Source: Candidatus Buchananbacteria bacterium (lineage in GTDB: Bacteria; Patescibacteriota; Patescibacteriia; 2-01-FULL-39-33). From it: a stretch of DNA of 62,160 bases. The notes under the pieces were generated by a model. The model searched no databases. It saw nothing but the letters and a program-made list of their open reading frames with translations, and had not been told where the DNA came from. The position numbers and the translations under genes were made by a program. The stretch spans positions 1-62,160 of the forward strand of contig JAUSEE010000062.1 of the NCBI GenBank assembly GCA_030650095.1, read 5' to 3'. Below are positions 36,208 through 48,534 of the stretch, piece by piece. The first letter of the stretch is position 1. Each line of letters begins with the position of its first letter.

Positions 36208-39200
36208 TTAAATATTCTTTTTAAATCCGGTACCAGCTGGAATCAAGCGGCCGATAATAATATTTTCTTTCAGCCCTGATAAATCATCAGTCTTGCCGGT
36301 AATAGCGGCATTGATCAAAACTTTGGCTGTTTCTTGGAATGAAGCGGCAGCCAGCCAGCTTCTGGTGGAAAGAGAAACTTTGGTAATACCCAAAAGCAAA
36401 CGATCAAATTCAACTTCCTTTTTGCTTTCTTTCTTTAATCTCTTATTTTCATAAGCCACGTCGATATATTCAACTATTTCACCCGGCAAGAGATCACTGT
36501 CACCGGCCTCACGGATATAAACTTTGGAGAACATCTGGCGCACAATAACTTCAGCATGCTTGTCATTAAGTTTTTGGCCCTGGGAAGAATAAATATGCTG
36601 TATTTCACGCATAATATATTTTTGCGTAAACTCTTGTCCCTTAAGACGGAAAATTTCGTGCAAATCCAAACTGCCTTCGGTTAATTGATCGCCCGGCTCA
36701 ACGCTGTCGCCATCTTTTATCAAAAGAGAAATATGTCCTGGAATAATATATTCCTTAACACCCAGTTCTTTGCCGGAAACAGTCAATGAATTTTTATCTA
36801 CTTTAACTGTGCCGTCAACCTGGCTGGTTTCTTGTTCTTCGCCGTTGGTAAACAGGATTTGGCCTTTAACTATAGTGTCGCCGTTTTTAACTTCAATCTT
36901 CAAATCGGCTTTATTTTTAGGCAAAGGAATCTTTTTAATCAATTCATTATCATAACTTATCTGCAAAACTCTTTCTCTGGATGAAGTAACCAAAACCTTG
37001 CCTTCGGTATTTTTTATTTCCCGCTGGCCTTGAGTAATCTTAACCTGGCCTTTTATATCCGCCACAATAGCCTTGGCTTTGGGCGTTCTGGTTTCAAAAA
37101 TTTCTTCCACCCGAGGCAGACCTTGGGTGATATCGCCTTCGGACGCCACACCTCCGGTGTGAAAGGTTCTCATAGTCAACTGAGTGCCAGGTTCGCCCAC
37201 GCTTTGAGCGGCAATAATGCCAACAGCGGTGCCTTCTTTTACCAGTTTATTGTAACTTAGATCATAGCCGTAGCATTTTTGGCAAATGCCTTTAATGGTT
37301 TTGCAAGACAAAACGGATCTGATTCTGAGGCTGTCTAAATCGGCTTTTCTTAATTCGTCGGCATTTTCTTCGGTGATTAGTTGTCCAGCTTTAATCAAAA
37401 CCTTTTTATTTTTTGGATTAATAACATCTTCGGCTGGATAGCGTCCTATTAGCCTGTCCACCAAAGCTTCCCCCATGGTTTCACTTTCCACTTTGGTTAA
37501 TTCCAAACCTTCTTTGTCGCCGCAATCTTCTTCTGAAACAATCACATCTTGTGCCACATCAACCAATCTTCTGGTTAGATAGCCGGCAGATGATGTTCTA
37601 AGAGCCGTATCGGTTAAGCCTTTTCTGGCGCCATGAGTGGAAATAAAGAATTCCAAGACGTCAAAGCCTTTTTTAAAGTTGCTTTTAACCGGCAATTCAA
37701 TAACTTCATAAGAAGGGTTAACCACTGGGCCTTTCATACCAATCATCTGGTTTAATTGTCCCCAAGTTCCACGAGCGCCGGAATCAATCATGGCCCTGAT
37801 GGAATTGCCTTCTTTTAAAATGCCTTGGACATTGCCTAAAATATTATTATTAACCTTCAACCACAGCTCAACGATTTTATCATGCCTTTCATCTTCGGTT
37901 AAAAGACCCATTTGGTATTGCTGTTCTATTTCATCCAATTTAACATTACCCTCTTCAATTAATTTTTCCCGGTTAGGAATTTCACCCAAATCATCCATGC
38001 CGATTGATTGAGCGGAAACGGTTAAATATTTAAAAGCTATTTCTTTTATGGAATCAAGGGTGCTAACTGTTACCTCTGGTCCGAATTTGTATAAAATTTG
38101 TCCCAAGAGTTTGGAAAGGTATTTCTTAGTGACTCTTTCGCCTATAAATTCCAATTCACTGGGTAAAATAGAATTAAAGATAATCAAACCAATAGTAGCT
38201 ATTTGGAGTTCCATCTTCTTAACTTTCAAACCTTTTTTAAGCATCAGCACCTTAATTTGATCATGAAGCGTGATTATGCCTTTTTCATAAGCCAACATAG
38301 CCTCATTAACAGACGAATAAGTCTTGGGCTTCTCTTTTTCATTTATCGTAGTCAAATAATAACAGCCCAAAACGATGTCTTGGTTAGGCGTAACAATCGG
38401 CCGGCCGTCTGAAGGCTTAAGCAGATTCTTGGAAGAAAGCATTATTTCAGCCGCTTCTTTCCTGGCGCCTTCGGTTAACGGCACATGAACAGCCATTTGG
38501 TCGCCGTCAAAATCAGCGTTAAAAGCGCTACAAACCAAAGGATGAATCCTGATAGCTTTGCCTTCGGTTAAAATCGGTTTGAAAGCCTGGATGCCTAAAC
38601 GGTGAAGGGTGGGAGCGCGATTAAGCAAAACATAAGCTCCGGTCACCACTTCTTCCAAAAGATCCCAGATTTCATCATGTCCGGCTTCAATATACCTATT
38701 GGCGCTTCTGACGTTGTGGACAATGCCTCTTTTAATCAATTTAGAAATAATAAACGGTTTGAATAATTCCAAAGCCATTATTTTAGGAATACCGCATTGA
38801 TCCAAATGCAATTCGGGACCAACCACGATAACGCTTCGTCCTGAATAATCGATTCTTTTACCCAGCAAATTCTGCCTGAATCGTCCTTGTTTGCCTTTCA
38901 ACATGTCGGCAATGGACTTCAGCATTCTCTTTTGCCCGGTAGAAGCCACAACGGTTTTGCCATGCCTGGCATTATTATCAATCAAAGCATCAACCGCTTC
39001 TAGCAGCATTCTTTTCTCGTTTCTGGTAATAATTTCCGGAGCGTTCAATTCCTGAAGCTGTTTCAAACGATTGTTTCGGTTGATTACCCGGCGGTACAAA
39101 TCATTCAAATCAGAAGTGGCAAAGCGTCCGCCATCTAACGGCACCATAGGCCTTAGATCCGGCGGGATTATCGGCACAACAGATAACACCATCCACTCCG

Positions 39201-40092
39201 GCCTGATGCTGTTTTTAATCAAGTGATTGAAAAATTTAATTCTTCTGATTAATTTATCCCTTTTAGCGCCGGTTGATTTTTCCAGTTCTTTATCCAAACC
39301 GGCAATGGTTTTGGCGATATCAATTTTTTCCAAGAGATTTCTGATAGCTTCGGCTCCGATGCCGGCTTCAAAAATATGTCCGTATTTTAAAGACAAATCA
39401 TGGAAGGTATGTTCGGAAATTATCTTGAGAGGCTTCAATTCTTTTAATTCCATTTCGGCTACCGCTAAAGTATTTTCCAGTTCGGTTAATTTTTCTTCTT
39501 TTTGGGTGATAAGCTTGCCCACTTGTCCTTCGGCTGTCGCTGTGCCCTTTTCGGTCAGCTGTTTGATGCGATTATCAAAATCGCTTTCAATTTGCTTGCG
39601 GTATTGCTTGTATTCGGCTTTAAGTTGGGCCAAGGTTTCTATCTTTAAATCATCATTAACCGTGATAATGATAAAGTCAGCAAAATAAATCACTTTCTCC
39701 AGATTCTGGATAGACATATCCAAAGCCAAACCGATGCGTGAAGGCACGCCTCTTAAAAACCAAATATGGGAAACCGGCACAGACAAATCTATATGTCCCA
39801 TTCGTTCGCGCCTAACCACGGCTCTGGTAACTTCCACTCCGCACTTGTCGCAAATTATGCCTTTGTACCTTATTTTTTTGTACTTGCCACAATAGCATTC
39901 CCAATCCTTGACCGGACCGAAAATCTTTTCGCAAAACAGGCCGTCCTTTTCGGGCTTTTGAGTTCTGTAATTTATAGTCTCGGGACGCAAAACTTCGCCA
40001 TAAGACCAATCATGGATATTATCAGGAGAAGCTAAACGCAATTTGATTGAAGTAAAATCTTCTGCGATTCTGTGTTCCTGGGTATTTAGCAT
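36208..40092 (-). CDS. rpoC: DNA-directed RNA polymerase subunit beta'
   Basis: NADFDGDQM catalytic motif, Zn-binding Cys near the N-terminus, full collinearity. Confidence 0.98.
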   Translation of the reverse strand: MLNTQEHRIAEDFTSIKLRLASPDNIHDWSYGEVLRPETINYRTQKPEKDGLFCEKIFGPVKDWECYCGKYKKIRYKGIICDKCGVEVTRAVVRRERMGHIDLSVPVSHIWFLRGVPSRIGLALDMSIQNLEKVIYFADFIIITVNDDLKIETLAQLKAEYKQYRKQIESDFDNRIKQLTEKGTATAEGQVGKLITQKEEKLTELENTLAVAEMELKELKPLKIISEHTFHDLSLKYGHIFEAGIGAEAIRNLLEKIDIAKTIAGLDKELEKSTGAKRDKLIRRIKFFNHLIKNSIRPEWMVLSVVPIIPPDLRPMVPLDGGRFATSDLNDLYRRVINRNNRLKQLQELNAPEIITRNEKRMLLEAVDALIDNNARHGKTVVASTGQKRMLKSIADMLKGKQGRFRQNLLGKRIDYSGRSVIVVGPELHLDQCGIPKIMALELFKPFIISKLIKRGIVHNVRSANRYIEAGHDEIWDLLEEVVTGAYVLLNRAPTLHRLGIQAFKPILTEGKAIRIHPLVCSAFNADFDGDQMAVHVPLTEGARKEAAEIMLSSKNLLKPSDGRPIVTPNQDIVLGCYYLTTINEKEKPKTYSSVNEAMLAYEKGIITLHDQIKVLMLKKGLKVKKMELQIATIGLIIFNSILPSELEFIGERVTKKYLSKLLGQILYKFGPEVTVSTLDSIKEIAFKYLTVSAQSIGMDDLGEIPNREKLIEEGNVKLDEIEQQYQMGLLTEDERHDKIVELWLKVNNNILGNVQGILKEGNSIRAMIDSGARGTWGQLNQMIGMKGPVVNPSYEVIELPVKSNFKKGFDVLEFFISTHGARKGLTDTALRTSSAGYLTRRLVDVAQDVIVSEEDCGDKEGLELTKVESETMGEALVDRLIGRYPAEDVINPKNKKVLIKAGQLITEENADELRKADLDSLRIRSVLSCKTIKGICQKCYGYDLSYNKLVKEGTAVGIIAAQSVGEPGTQLTMRTFHTGGVASEGDITQGLPRVEEIFETRTPKAKAIVADIKGQVKITQGQREIKNTEGKVLVTSSRERVLQISYDNELIKKIPLPKNKADLKIEVKNGDTIVKGQILFTNGEEQETSQVDGTVKVDKNSLTVSGKELGVKEYIIPGHISLLIKDGDSVEPGDQLTEGSLDLHEIFRLKGQEFTQKYIMREIQHIYSSQGQKLNDKHAEVIVRQMFSKVYIREAGDSDLLPGEIVEYIDVAYENKRLKKESKKEVEFDRLLLGITKVSLSTRSWLAAASFQETAKVLINAAITGKTDDLSGLKENIIIGRLIPAGTGFKKNI

Positions 40093-40126
40093 ATGTGTAT
40101 ATTTAAGTCGAATTACTTATTCTTCT

Positions 40127-43100
40127 TTATTTGGGCGCGTCCTTATAATTGCGCTTGGATTCGCCATATTCTGATTCTGTCAGTGATTCGACCGTTTCAC
40201 TGCCGCCGTTTAATTCCACATTAAGGCCTAGGCCTTTGAGTTCTCTAACCAGAACATGGAAACTTTCTGGAATATTTAAATTGGTGATGGGTTCGCCCTT
40301 AATGATAGATTCGTAAGTTTTTGACCTACCCACCACGTCGTCTGATTTAATTGTCAGTATTTCCTGCAAAGTATTGGCCGCGCCATAACCTTCCAAGGCC
40401 CAAACTTCCATTTCGCCGAACCTTTGTCCGCCGAATTGCGCTTTGCCTCCCAAAGGCTGTTGGGTAATCAAAGAGTAAGGTCCGATTGATCTTTGGTGGA
40501 TTTTGCTTTCAACCAAATGGTTTAGTTTCAACATGTAAACATAGCCCACAGTTGTTTTCTTATCAAAAGCCTTGCCGGTTCTGCCGTCATAAAGCTGAAT
40601 GCGTCCATCCGGGCTAAAGCCGGCTTTCTCAAGCTCTTCTCTTATTTTAGTTTCGGTAATGCCGTCAAAAACAGGCGTAGCTACTTTGTAGCCCAGTTTT
40701 TGAGCCGCCAAGCCTAAGTGAGTTTCCAAGATCTGTCCCAAGTTCATACGAGAAACAACGCCCAGCGGTGAAAGAATAATATCTACCGGAGTGCCGTCCT
40801 CCAAATGAGGCAAATCTTCAACCGGCACCACTTTGGAAATAACACCCTTGTTGCCGTGTCGGCCGGCCATTTTGTCGCCCACTTGGACTTTTCGCAGAGA
40901 AGCTACTGTTACCTGGATCATTTTAATCATGCCGGCGGAAAGCTTGTCGCCGTTTTCACGAGAAAATATTTTAACATCAATAACTTTGCCGGAAGAGCCG
41001 TGTTCCATATATAAGGATGAATCCCTAACGTCCCTGGCTTTCTCGCCGAAAATAGCTCGAAGCAATTTTTCTTCGGCTGACAATTCGGTTTCTCCTTTGG
41101 GCGTAATTTTGCCAACTAAAATATCTCCGGACCTAACATTGGCTCCGATTCTGATAACGCCTTCCTCATCCAAATCTTTCAATTTTTCTTCGCTGACATT
41201 AGGAATATCAGAAGTTACGACTTCCGGACCCAGCTTGGTTTCGCGCACTTCGCAAGCATAATCTTCTATATGAATGGATGAATATCTGTCTTTTTGGACT
41301 ATTCTTTCAGAAATAATAATGGCATCTTCATAATTGTAGCCTTGCCAAGGCATGAAAGCGACCAGAATATTTTGGCCCAAAGCCAATTCTCCGCCTTCAG
41401 TCGCCGGGCCGTCGGCAATCGGCTGGCCCTTCTTTACCTTCTGGTTTATTTCCACTATGGTCTTTTGATTGATGCAAGTGGAAGCGTTTGATCTTAAAAA
41501 CTTATTTAAAGAGTAAGTGTCAATTTTGCCTGATTTATTTTTAATCTCAATCTTATCGCCCGACAAACCGACAATTTCTCCATCCTCTTTGGCTATAATC
41601 ACATGGCCGGAATCTTGGGCGGCTCTGGCTTCTACTCCAGTCCCGACTAGGGGAGCTTGGGGCTTAATGCAAGAAACAGCTTGGCGTTGCATGTTGGTGC
41701 CCATCAAGGCGCGAACAGCATCATCATGTTCCAAAAAAGGAATAAGCGAAGTGGCAATGGAAACAATCTGATTGGAAGCCACATCCATATAATCAATATT
41801 GCTGGAACTGGTAATGGTTGGTTTTAATTTAACCCGAGCTTCGATTTTATCTTTGACAAAATAACCGTTTTCATCAAGCGAAACAGTGGAAGTGGTGGTA
41901 TTAACCCGGCTTTCCTCGAAGGCATCAAGGTAAACTATTTCATCAGTTACTCTGGTTCGGCCGTCTTTTTCTTTCACCACTTTATAGTAAGGAGTTTCAA
42001 TAAAGCCGAATTCATTAACCCGAGCATAAGTGGACATGTGGCCGACCAAGCCGATATTCGGACCTTCGGGAGTGGCAATCGGACAAATCCGGCCGTAATG
42101 GGTAGGATGAACGTCTCTAACTTCAAAGCCGGCTCTTTCCCTGGACAAACCGCCCGGGCCCATAGCTGACAATCTTCTTTTATGCTCAAGCTCGGCTAAC
42201 GGATTAACCTGATCCATAAACTGGGACAATTGGGAAGACATGAAAAATTCTTTGACCGCGCTGTTAACCGGACGGGCGTTAATCAATTTGCTGGGCGTTA
42301 AAGCGGTCATATCCAAAGTGCTCATTCTGTCTTTGATGATTCTTTCCATTCTGGCCAAACCGATACGGAATTTATTTTGGATCAATTCGCCGGCCGCCCT
42401 GATTCTTCTGTTGCCCAAATGATCAATGTCATCAGCATCTTCTTGGGTGATATTCAAACGGATAATTTCTTTTAAAATATTGATAATATCTTCTTTAAGC
42501 AAAACTCGATTTTCTTTGGTTATAGGCACATCGCGATCAAATCTTTGGTTCAATTTATATCTGCCCACTCGGCCGAAATCGTAGCGGGAAAAATTAAAGA
42601 ACATATTATCAATCAATTGCTTGGCATTATCCGGAGTGGCCAAATCGCCCGGACGGATTCTTTTATAAACCTCAATCAAGCCCTCGGCTTCGGTGCTGGC
42701 GGCATCCTTCTTTAAGGTCGCTTCAATATATTTAACAGTGGAATCATTTTCTAGATCTTTAAATTGATCTAAAATCGATTCATCGCTGTTGTAGCCAAAA
42801 GCGCGCAACAGAGTGGTGGCCGCCACTTTTCTTTTTCGGTCTATCTTTACCCAGATGACTCCGTTGTTATCAGTTTCAAATTCCAGCCAAGAACCGCGGT
42901 TAGGAATAACCTTGGCTCCATAAAGCTTGCCTTCGTTGCCTAACTGGCTGCTAAAAAACACGCCGGCCGATCTGATCAATTGCGAAACGATAACCCTTTC
43001 AATGCCGTTGATAATAAAAGTTCCCCTGTCGGTTATCAGTGGAAAATCTCCCAAATAAACTTCTTGGTCAACGGATTGGCCGGTCTTTTTATTTAAGAGA

Positions 43101-43402
43101 GTCGTATTAACGCGCAGCGGCGCTTCATAGGTGATGTTTTTTTGTTTGCTGGTTACCTCGTCAAATTTTGGATCATCCAAAGTGTAGGCGCCAAAATAGA
43201 CTTCCAAATCACGGCCGATAAAATCAGTGATGGGAGAAACTTCTTCGAATAATTCTTTCAACCCTTCATCCCAAAACCAGGCGTAAGATTTCTTTTGCAG
43301 TTCTATTAAATCCGGCAAGGGCAGAATCTTTTTAGCGGAAAAACTTATTCTTTCCCTGACTCCTGTCTTTGATGACGGAGTTGTGCTTTTTTGTTGTGGC
43401 AT
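40127..43402 (-). CDS. rpoB: DNA-directed RNA polymerase subunit beta
   Basis: Full-length collinearity with RpoB; directly upstream of rpoC. Confidence 0.98.
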   Translation of the reverse strand: MPQQKSTTPSSKTGVRERISFSAKKILPLPDLIELQKKSYAWFWDEGLKELFEEVSPITDFIGRDLEVYFGAYTLDDPKFDEVTSKQKNITYEAPLRVNTTLLNKKTGQSVDQEVYLGDFPLITDRGTFIINGIERVIVSQLIRSAGVFFSSQLGNEGKLYGAKVIPNRGSWLEFETDNNGVIWVKIDRKRKVAATTLLRAFGYNSDESILDQFKDLENDSTVKYIEATLKKDAASTEAEGLIEVYKRIRPGDLATPDNAKQLIDNMFFNFSRYDFGRVGRYKLNQRFDRDVPITKENRVLLKEDIINILKEIIRLNITQEDADDIDHLGNRRIRAAGELIQNKFRIGLARMERIIKDRMSTLDMTALTPSKLINARPVNSAVKEFFMSSQLSQFMDQVNPLAELEHKRRLSAMGPGGLSRERAGFEVRDVHPTHYGRICPIATPEGPNIGLVGHMSTYARVNEFGFIETPYYKVVKEKDGRTRVTDEIVYLDAFEESRVNTTTSTVSLDENGYFVKDKIEARVKLKPTITSSSNIDYMDVASNQIVSIATSLIPFLEHDDAVRALMGTNMQRQAVSCIKPQAPLVGTGVEARAAQDSGHVIIAKEDGEIVGLSGDKIEIKNKSGKIDTYSLNKFLRSNASTCINQKTIVEINQKVKKGQPIADGPATEGGELALGQNILVAFMPWQGYNYEDAIIISERIVQKDRYSSIHIEDYACEVRETKLGPEVVTSDIPNVSEEKLKDLDEEGVIRIGANVRSGDILVGKITPKGETELSAEEKLLRAIFGEKARDVRDSSLYMEHGSSGKVIDVKIFSRENGDKLSAGMIKMIQVTVASLRKVQVGDKMAGRHGNKGVISKVVPVEDLPHLEDGTPVDIILSPLGVVSRMNLGQILETHLGLAAQKLGYKVATPVFDGITETKIREELEKAGFSPDGRIQLYDGRTGKAFDKKTTVGYVYMLKLNHLVESKIHQRSIGPYSLITQQPLGGKAQFGGQRFGEMEVWALEGYGAANTLQEILTIKSDDVVGRSKTYESIIKGEPITNLNIPESFHVLVRELKGLGLNVELNGGSETVESLTESEYGESKRNYKDAPK

Positions 43403-43934
43403 AATATAATATTGATTTTTTGTATTTTTATTCGAAAAGACGCAAAAAAGCTCATTTCTTTTTTACCCTACTTATATATCCGATTACATCCGATAATTTC
43501 AGGCGAGAAATGAGTTATATTAATTAAGATTGTATAGATTGTACACCCACTATCTTTTGAAGGTTATTAACCCAATGATTTCTATTGAAGTAGGGCTTTT
43601 AAAAATGATAACTAAAACAGTTATTGACATTTTAACAGAAAAAATACAATAAAGTCAAGTGTTATACAAATTTTTAAAAGGATGTCAAATATTCTTTATT
43701 TTTTATCTAAATTTAGCTAAAAACAAATTAATTACGGTTATTTTAGCCTTTAAAAATAAGTTTTTAAAATTAGCTATTCCCCTACTTATCCACAGGGTAA
43801 ATTATGGTTTATCAACACTAATAAGCTAAAAATTACCCCTAAAAATGAACGAGTTGGCTTAACTAAAAATAAAACAGCCATTAACCCTGGCTGTCTTGAA
43901 CAAAAAGATACTTGGTTTATTTTAAAAATAACTA

Positions 43935-44804
43935 TTATTTATAAGCTGATTTTCTGGCATTTTCCAGAGCCCGCTTAACATCCCTACTGGGCGTAATCCA
44001 TAAATCCCAAGTCCAACCTATTTTGGATAAAAGATAAATAAGCCACTTGCTGGGATCAAAATCAAATTTCCTGTGGCCATTTCTGTAATCCCTAGGAAAC
44101 TGATGATGGAAAGAATGGTACATCTCGCCTAAAGCCACAAAAAAAATGGAGAAGAAATAATTATTCCGCGATTGATCGGGGCGTTTAAACAAATTCGTGC
44201 CGTAAGTGTGAGCAATGGAATTTATGGTCCAAGTCATATGCCATTCCACCGCTACTCTTAAAAAACCGGCCAGTAGAACTCCACCGATAAAATCATGCCA
44301 AAGACAAGCGATAATTCCCGGCCAGACAAAGCCGAAGACAATCACTAAAAATAAATAATGCTTATGCTGGAACTGAAAAGATTTTTTTTCCAAGAAGGCC
44401 ACGTGGCCGGTAACGCTTTTATAAAACAACCAGCGCCAGTGAGCCCACCAAAAGCCTTTTTTAATATCATGCGGATCTTCTATTTTGTAATTGGTATCGG
44501 AGGCATGATGCAGCAAATGGGTATACACCCAATCACGAGCGCTGCCCTGCAGGGAAGCGGCGCCAAAAAGGAGCCACAGCCACTCGACGATAAAATTACA
44601 TTTATAAGAACGGTGGGTAAAGAGGCGATGATAGCCGGCAGTAATGGAAAAACTGCACAAGAAAAACCAAACAACGGCTAGAATTAAACTCAGCCAAGAA
44701 AATTTAATAAAAATCAGATAAAGCGGAGCGACAATCAAGCCCACAAAATGGACCAAGGGAATGGAAATGGCATTAAAAACATTGATTTCCTTCTTAATAG
44801 ACAT
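43935..44804 (-). CDS. Membrane fatty-acid desaturase (acyl-CoA/acyl-lipid delta-9 type)
   Basis: Three histidine boxes: HRLFTH, HLLHH and HSFHH, with TM segments between them. Confidence 0.85.
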   Translation of the reverse strand: MSIKKEINVFNAISIPLVHFVGLIVAPLYLIFIKFSWLSLILAVVWFFLCSFSITAGYHRLFTHRSYKCNFIVEWLWLLFGAASLQGSARDWVYTHLLHHASDTNYKIEDPHDIKKGFWWAHWRWLFYKSVTGHVAFLEKKSFQFQHKHYLFLVIVFGFVWPGIIACLWHDFIGGVLLAGFLRVAVEWHMTWTINSIAHTYGTNLFKRPDQSRNNYFFSIFFVALGEMYHSFHHQFPRDYRNGHRKFDFDPSKWLIYLLSKIGWTWDLWITPSRDVKRALENARKSAYK

Positions 44805-44928
44805 GGTTGTTTTCTCCTGGTAGAAAAGCGGTTGGGGGTTTAAAGTTAAAAGGACTGACTAGAGTATAAAATGAAAAGTTTATTTTGTCAAAAAAAGACG
44901 CATGCACTTTTTAGTGATGCGTCTAAGA

Positions 44929-46365
44929 CTATTTAGCCCTCTCAAAGAGAGATTCCAAATAAAGGATGGCTTGATAAGCTAAGTAAGAATTATCTTCTGA
45001 CTTCATTAAATATCTGATGAATTCATAATCCCGACCCAGGGTGATAAGCGGTTTTTCAACATAGCCGGTGCGCGCTTGCAACTGCCTTAAATCAATATTG
45101 GCCGCCAGAGCGTTACATAAGCATTTACGCCCAATAGCTTCATCTGGCAATCCGCCCTTGGAGATAAATATGTCTATTGGCTCAGCCGGACAACGATAGC
45201 CGATTGAACCGTCTTTCTCCAAAAACAACTGACGCAGATGGCCGATATTGCAAACTCGCGGACGATTGCCATATTCCTCATCGCCAGACAATGATCCTGG
45301 CAGATGAGCCACTTTAAAAGGAAAACCGGTTGGCGAGGCTAAAATATCGTCATAAACTTTCAGCTCACCTCTAAAAGCCAGTCGACGCAGTTCGCGCTTG
45401 TAAATTTCATTAAAGCCCGATTCACTAGATAAGGCAAAAATAGTTCCGGCCTGAATACCGACAGCTCCTGATTCAAAGACATTATGAATGCCCTCAAGGC
45501 TGACAAAAGATCCGGCCAGCCAAAAAGGCAAACCTAAATCCCTGATTCTATTTAAATCCGGCTCGTCGCGCGGTCCGTATATTATCAGGCCATCGCTGCC
45601 CATTTCCACTTTGCCCCGAGGCGGAGCATTGTGGCCGCCGGCATCTTTCCTTTCAATAATCCAGCCGTAAATCTTGCCTGGCAACCTTTTAAGCATGCTT
45701 ATGGCCAGAATATGCGAAGTGATAATTGGCACGAACTTGGGACGCTTAAGTGATTTTATTTTGTCGCCCACAATGCTTTTGGGATCAAAAACCATTTGGT
45801 AAATGTCGCCTTTTTTGGCGCCGAGGACATCAAGCTGATAAATAGCGGTTTCCATTTTTTCTAAACTGTCTAAGACCGATGGTATCTGCATGGGGATGCC
45901 GGCTCCGATTAAAATATAATCAACGCCGGCCAGCATGCAGCCAAAAATATTATAAACCATAGGCATGGGCAGTTTCGTCATCAAATTAACAGCGACCAGT
46001 CCATTATGAGATTCTTTAGCCAGCCAAACTTGGGCGAAACTGGCGCAAACAGTCAGTTCAATTAAAGGCGTTGAGGGCTTGATGGTAAACATGGGCACAT
46101 TAGAAAATCCGGCCTCGGCCGATTTGCCATTTTCAATAAAATATTTTCTTAAAACGCGCTCGGCCATTTCCGGAATCGGAAAATGGCTTAAGGCTCGACG
46201 CCAATCGCCCTTTAAATCTCCCAACTGCAAATTGCGAACCATAACCAGTTCGGCGCAAGTGCCGGAAACAGTTCCTACATAGCCCAGGGACGAAACAGTT
46301 CGAGCCAGGTTATAAGTAGAAACTCCGATACCCATGCCGCCTTGTATAATCTTGGGATCAGACAT
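44929..46365 (-). CDS. Nitronate monooxygenase / FabK-like FMN-dependent oxidoreductase family protein
   Basis: N-terminal IIQGGMGIGVS...LARTVSSLGYVGTVSG is typical of the NMO/enoyl-reductase II fold. Confidence 0.7.
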   Translation of the reverse strand: MSDPKIIQGGMGIGVSTYNLARTVSSLGYVGTVSGTCAELVMVRNLQLGDLKGDWRRALSHFPIPEMAERVLRKYFIENGKSAEAGFSNVPMFTIKPSTPLIELTVCASFAQVWLAKESHNGLVAVNLMTKLPMPMVYNIFGCMLAGVDYILIGAGIPMQIPSVLDSLEKMETAIYQLDVLGAKKGDIYQMVFDPKSIVGDKIKSLKRPKFVPIITSHILAISMLKRLPGKIYGWIIERKDAGGHNAPPRGKVEMGSDGLIIYGPRDEPDLNRIRDLGLPFWLAGSFVSLEGIHNVFESGAVGIQAGTIFALSSESGFNEIYKRELRRLAFRGELKVYDDILASPTGFPFKVAHLPGSLSGDEEYGNRPRVCNIGHLRQLFLEKDGSIGYRCPAEPIDIFISKGGLPDEAIGRKCLCNALAANIDLRQLQARTGYVEKPLITLGRDYEFIRYLMKSEDNSYLAYQAILYLESLFERAK

Positions 46366-46516
46366 TTAAATCACCTCCTTTGATGGATTGTTATTTTGTA
46401 ATGTTCGATAGAAGAATACTACTTAAAAGAAGGAAAAAAGTCAATCGCTAAAAAAGCCTAAAACAAATTGTTTTAGGCTTTAATGATTTATCCGGAATAA
46501 TGTTTTATCTTAGAAA

Positions 46517-46568
46517 ATGAACCCGACCCCGCTCTAAAGAGCGGGGTATTCGGGCAGCAACATTATAA
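46517..46568 (+). repeat. Structured repeat family, copy C (short form lacking the central ~90 nt)
   Basis: atgaacccgaccccgctctaaagagcggggta joined directly to ttcgggcagcaacattataa. Confidence 0.8.
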
Positions 46569-46574
46569 AAATTA

Positions 46575-47909
46575 TTATTTAGCAGCAGCCAATATTTCCC
46601 TGGCCACTTGCCTTTCATCCCAAGGAATTTTCTGGCCGCCTTTAACCGCTATGGCTTGTTCGCAGCCTTTGCCTGTAAGAAGCACCAGGTCGCCTGCCAC
46701 GGCCAAACTCATAGCCTTTTTAATGGCCTCGCGCCGGTCTAATATTTTAAATAGATTCTTATTAATCTCTTTGCCGCCGGCCTGCGCTCCTTCGGCCACT
46801 TCTTTCATAATTTCTTGTGGATCGTCATCATAAGGATCTTCATTGGTTATCACCACATAATCGGAGTGCGAGGCTGCTAGCCGCCCCAAAACAGGCCGTC
46901 TGGCCCTATCCCTCCCGCCGCCGCAAGAGCCTAGAACATGTATTATTTTACGGCTGTGATCAACCAAATTATGTTTATTGATGCTATCGTATAATTGCCT
47001 TAAACTTTCCGGTTCTGGCGCGTAATCAACCAGGACTTTAAAATTCTGTCCCTCGTTTATAAATTCCATGCGTCCAGGAATATTTTCTATTTTTTCTAAA
47101 GCCGATTTACAGATGCTGATATCAATGCCTTGCGATTGGGCCACAGTAATAGCTGACAAGGCGTTATAAACATTAAACTGGCCAAATAATTTTAAATTTA
47201 TTTTAAAATCATAAACATCAAAAGAAACGCCCTGTTCGCCCAAGACGATATTGTCGGCTTCCACTTTGGCTTTCAATTCGCCATCTTGGCTTTTGCCTTT
47301 TAAGCCAAAGCCGTATTTGGCATCAGCCTGGTATTTTATGAAATCTTTAATATGCTCGTCATCGGTATTGGCCACAATGATTTTATCGATTTTTTTTCCG
47401 CCTATTTCCTTGTGGCCGTCATATTTTAATTTGGCAAAAAGCTCTTCTTTGGCTTTTTTATAATTTTCAAAACTGCCATGCGCTTCTAGATGTTCCGGCG
47501 TTAGATTGGTAAAGACAGCCACATCATAATTTACGCCCAAATGCCGATACTGCTTGATACCTTCAGATGATGTTTCAATAACAGCGTACTGACAACCGGC
47601 AGAAACCATATCACGCAATATTTTTTGCAATTCGTTTCGGCCCAACATGGTCATTTTTTTATCGTTAAGCCATTCCTTGTCGCCGATTTTAAACAAAGCC
47701 GTGGAAGTCGCCCCCACCCTATAACCGGCTTCTTCCAAAATCCGAGCAATCATAAAAACAGTGGTGGATTTGCCGTTGGTTCCGGTAACACCTATCACAA
47801 TCATTTTCTGGCTAGGATTCAGATAAGCCAATTTGCTACCCAAAGCCAATGATTTATGATAGTTATCAAGTATTTTTCTGGGAATGAATTTTTTAATGGT
47901 TTGTTTCAT
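46575..47909 (-). CDS. murE: Mur ligase family protein, MurE-like
   Basis: ATP-binding GVTGTNGKST, central and C-terminal Mur ligase domains, TNEDPYDDDP in place of the DNPR region. Confidence 0.65.
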   Translation of the reverse strand: MKQTIKKFIPRKILDNYHKSLALGSKLAYLNPSQKMIVIGVTGTNGKSTTVFMIARILEEAGYRVGATSTALFKIGDKEWLNDKKMTMLGRNELQKILRDMVSAGCQYAVIETSSEGIKQYRHLGVNYDVAVFTNLTPEHLEAHGSFENYKKAKEELFAKLKYDGHKEIGGKKIDKIIVANTDDEHIKDFIKYQADAKYGFGLKGKSQDGELKAKVEADNIVLGEQGVSFDVYDFKINLKLFGQFNVYNALSAITVAQSQGIDISICKSALEKIENIPGRMEFINEGQNFKVLVDYAPEPESLRQLYDSINKHNLVDHSRKIIHVLGSCGGGRDRARRPVLGRLAASHSDYVVITNEDPYDDDPQEIMKEVAEGAQAGGKEINKNLFKILDRREAIKKAMSLAVAGDLVLLTGKGCEQAIAVKGGQKIPWDERQVAREILAAAK

Positions 47910-47935
47910 AGCTGAAAATATATGGTAATGCCAAA

Positions 47936-48520
47936 TTACCTTTTGCCTAAAATCTTCAGTGCCTCTCTGATTTTATCTCCCGTATCAGGCGACTTAACAT
48001 GCGACAAAGCCTCCCTCACCTGTGAGGTAGAATAACCTAAACCAACTAGAGCTTCAAGGGCTTCGCCGAATTGATCGCTCCAAACGCCGGTCTTGGTGGT
48101 TTCTATGCCGCCAATCTTGTCCTGCAAACCGGCCACTATTTTTTGAGCGGTCTTGTGGCCAATGCCCGACACTTTGCTTAAAATATCGGCGCTGCCCATG
48201 TTAGCCGCTTCTCTTAAATCTTCTATCTTGGCTTTTTGCAAAATATTCAAAGCGCTTTTGGGGCCGACTCCGGAAATGGAGATAAGGACTTCAAAAAAAT
48301 TAAGTTCTTCAACGGTGACAAAACCGTAGAGATCCAAAACCGCCTCAGCCACCTGGTTGTAAATAAACAATTCTATTTCTTGGCCGTTTTGCAGATTGTT
48401 TATCAATTGATCTAAAACATAAACCTTATAGCCGACGCCGGCCACATCAATAATTATAAAATTATCTTTTTTAGGTATAACGCTTTTATATTTTAGGCTG
48501 CCTCTTAAATAAGCAATCAT
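47936..48520 (-). CDS. ruvA: Holliday junction DNA helicase RuvA
   Basis: Starts MIAYLRGSL; two HhH motifs (ISGVGPKSAL, VSGIGHKTAQKI); C-terminal domain III. Confidence 0.93.
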   Translation of the reverse strand: MIAYLRGSLKYKSVIPKKDNFIIIDVAGVGYKVYVLDQLINNLQNGQEIELFIYNQVAEAVLDLYGFVTVEELNFFEVLISISGVGPKSALNILQKAKIEDLREAANMGSADILSKVSGIGHKTAQKIVAGLQDKIGGIETTKTGVWSDQFGEALEALVGLGYSTSQVREALSHVKSPDTGDKIREALKILGKR

Positions 48521-48534
48521 ATGTTGATAAATAT

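Noticed and set aside
43403-43934. 530-bp AT-rich region upstream of rpoB, searched for tmRNA, RNase P, 6S or ribosomal-protein leader features.
   Set aside because: No conserved core motifs were found (no tRNA-like end, no GAGGAAAGUCC). I saw only a desaturase terminator (~43872-43900, minus strand) and scattered short repeats, and cannot support an RNA gene.
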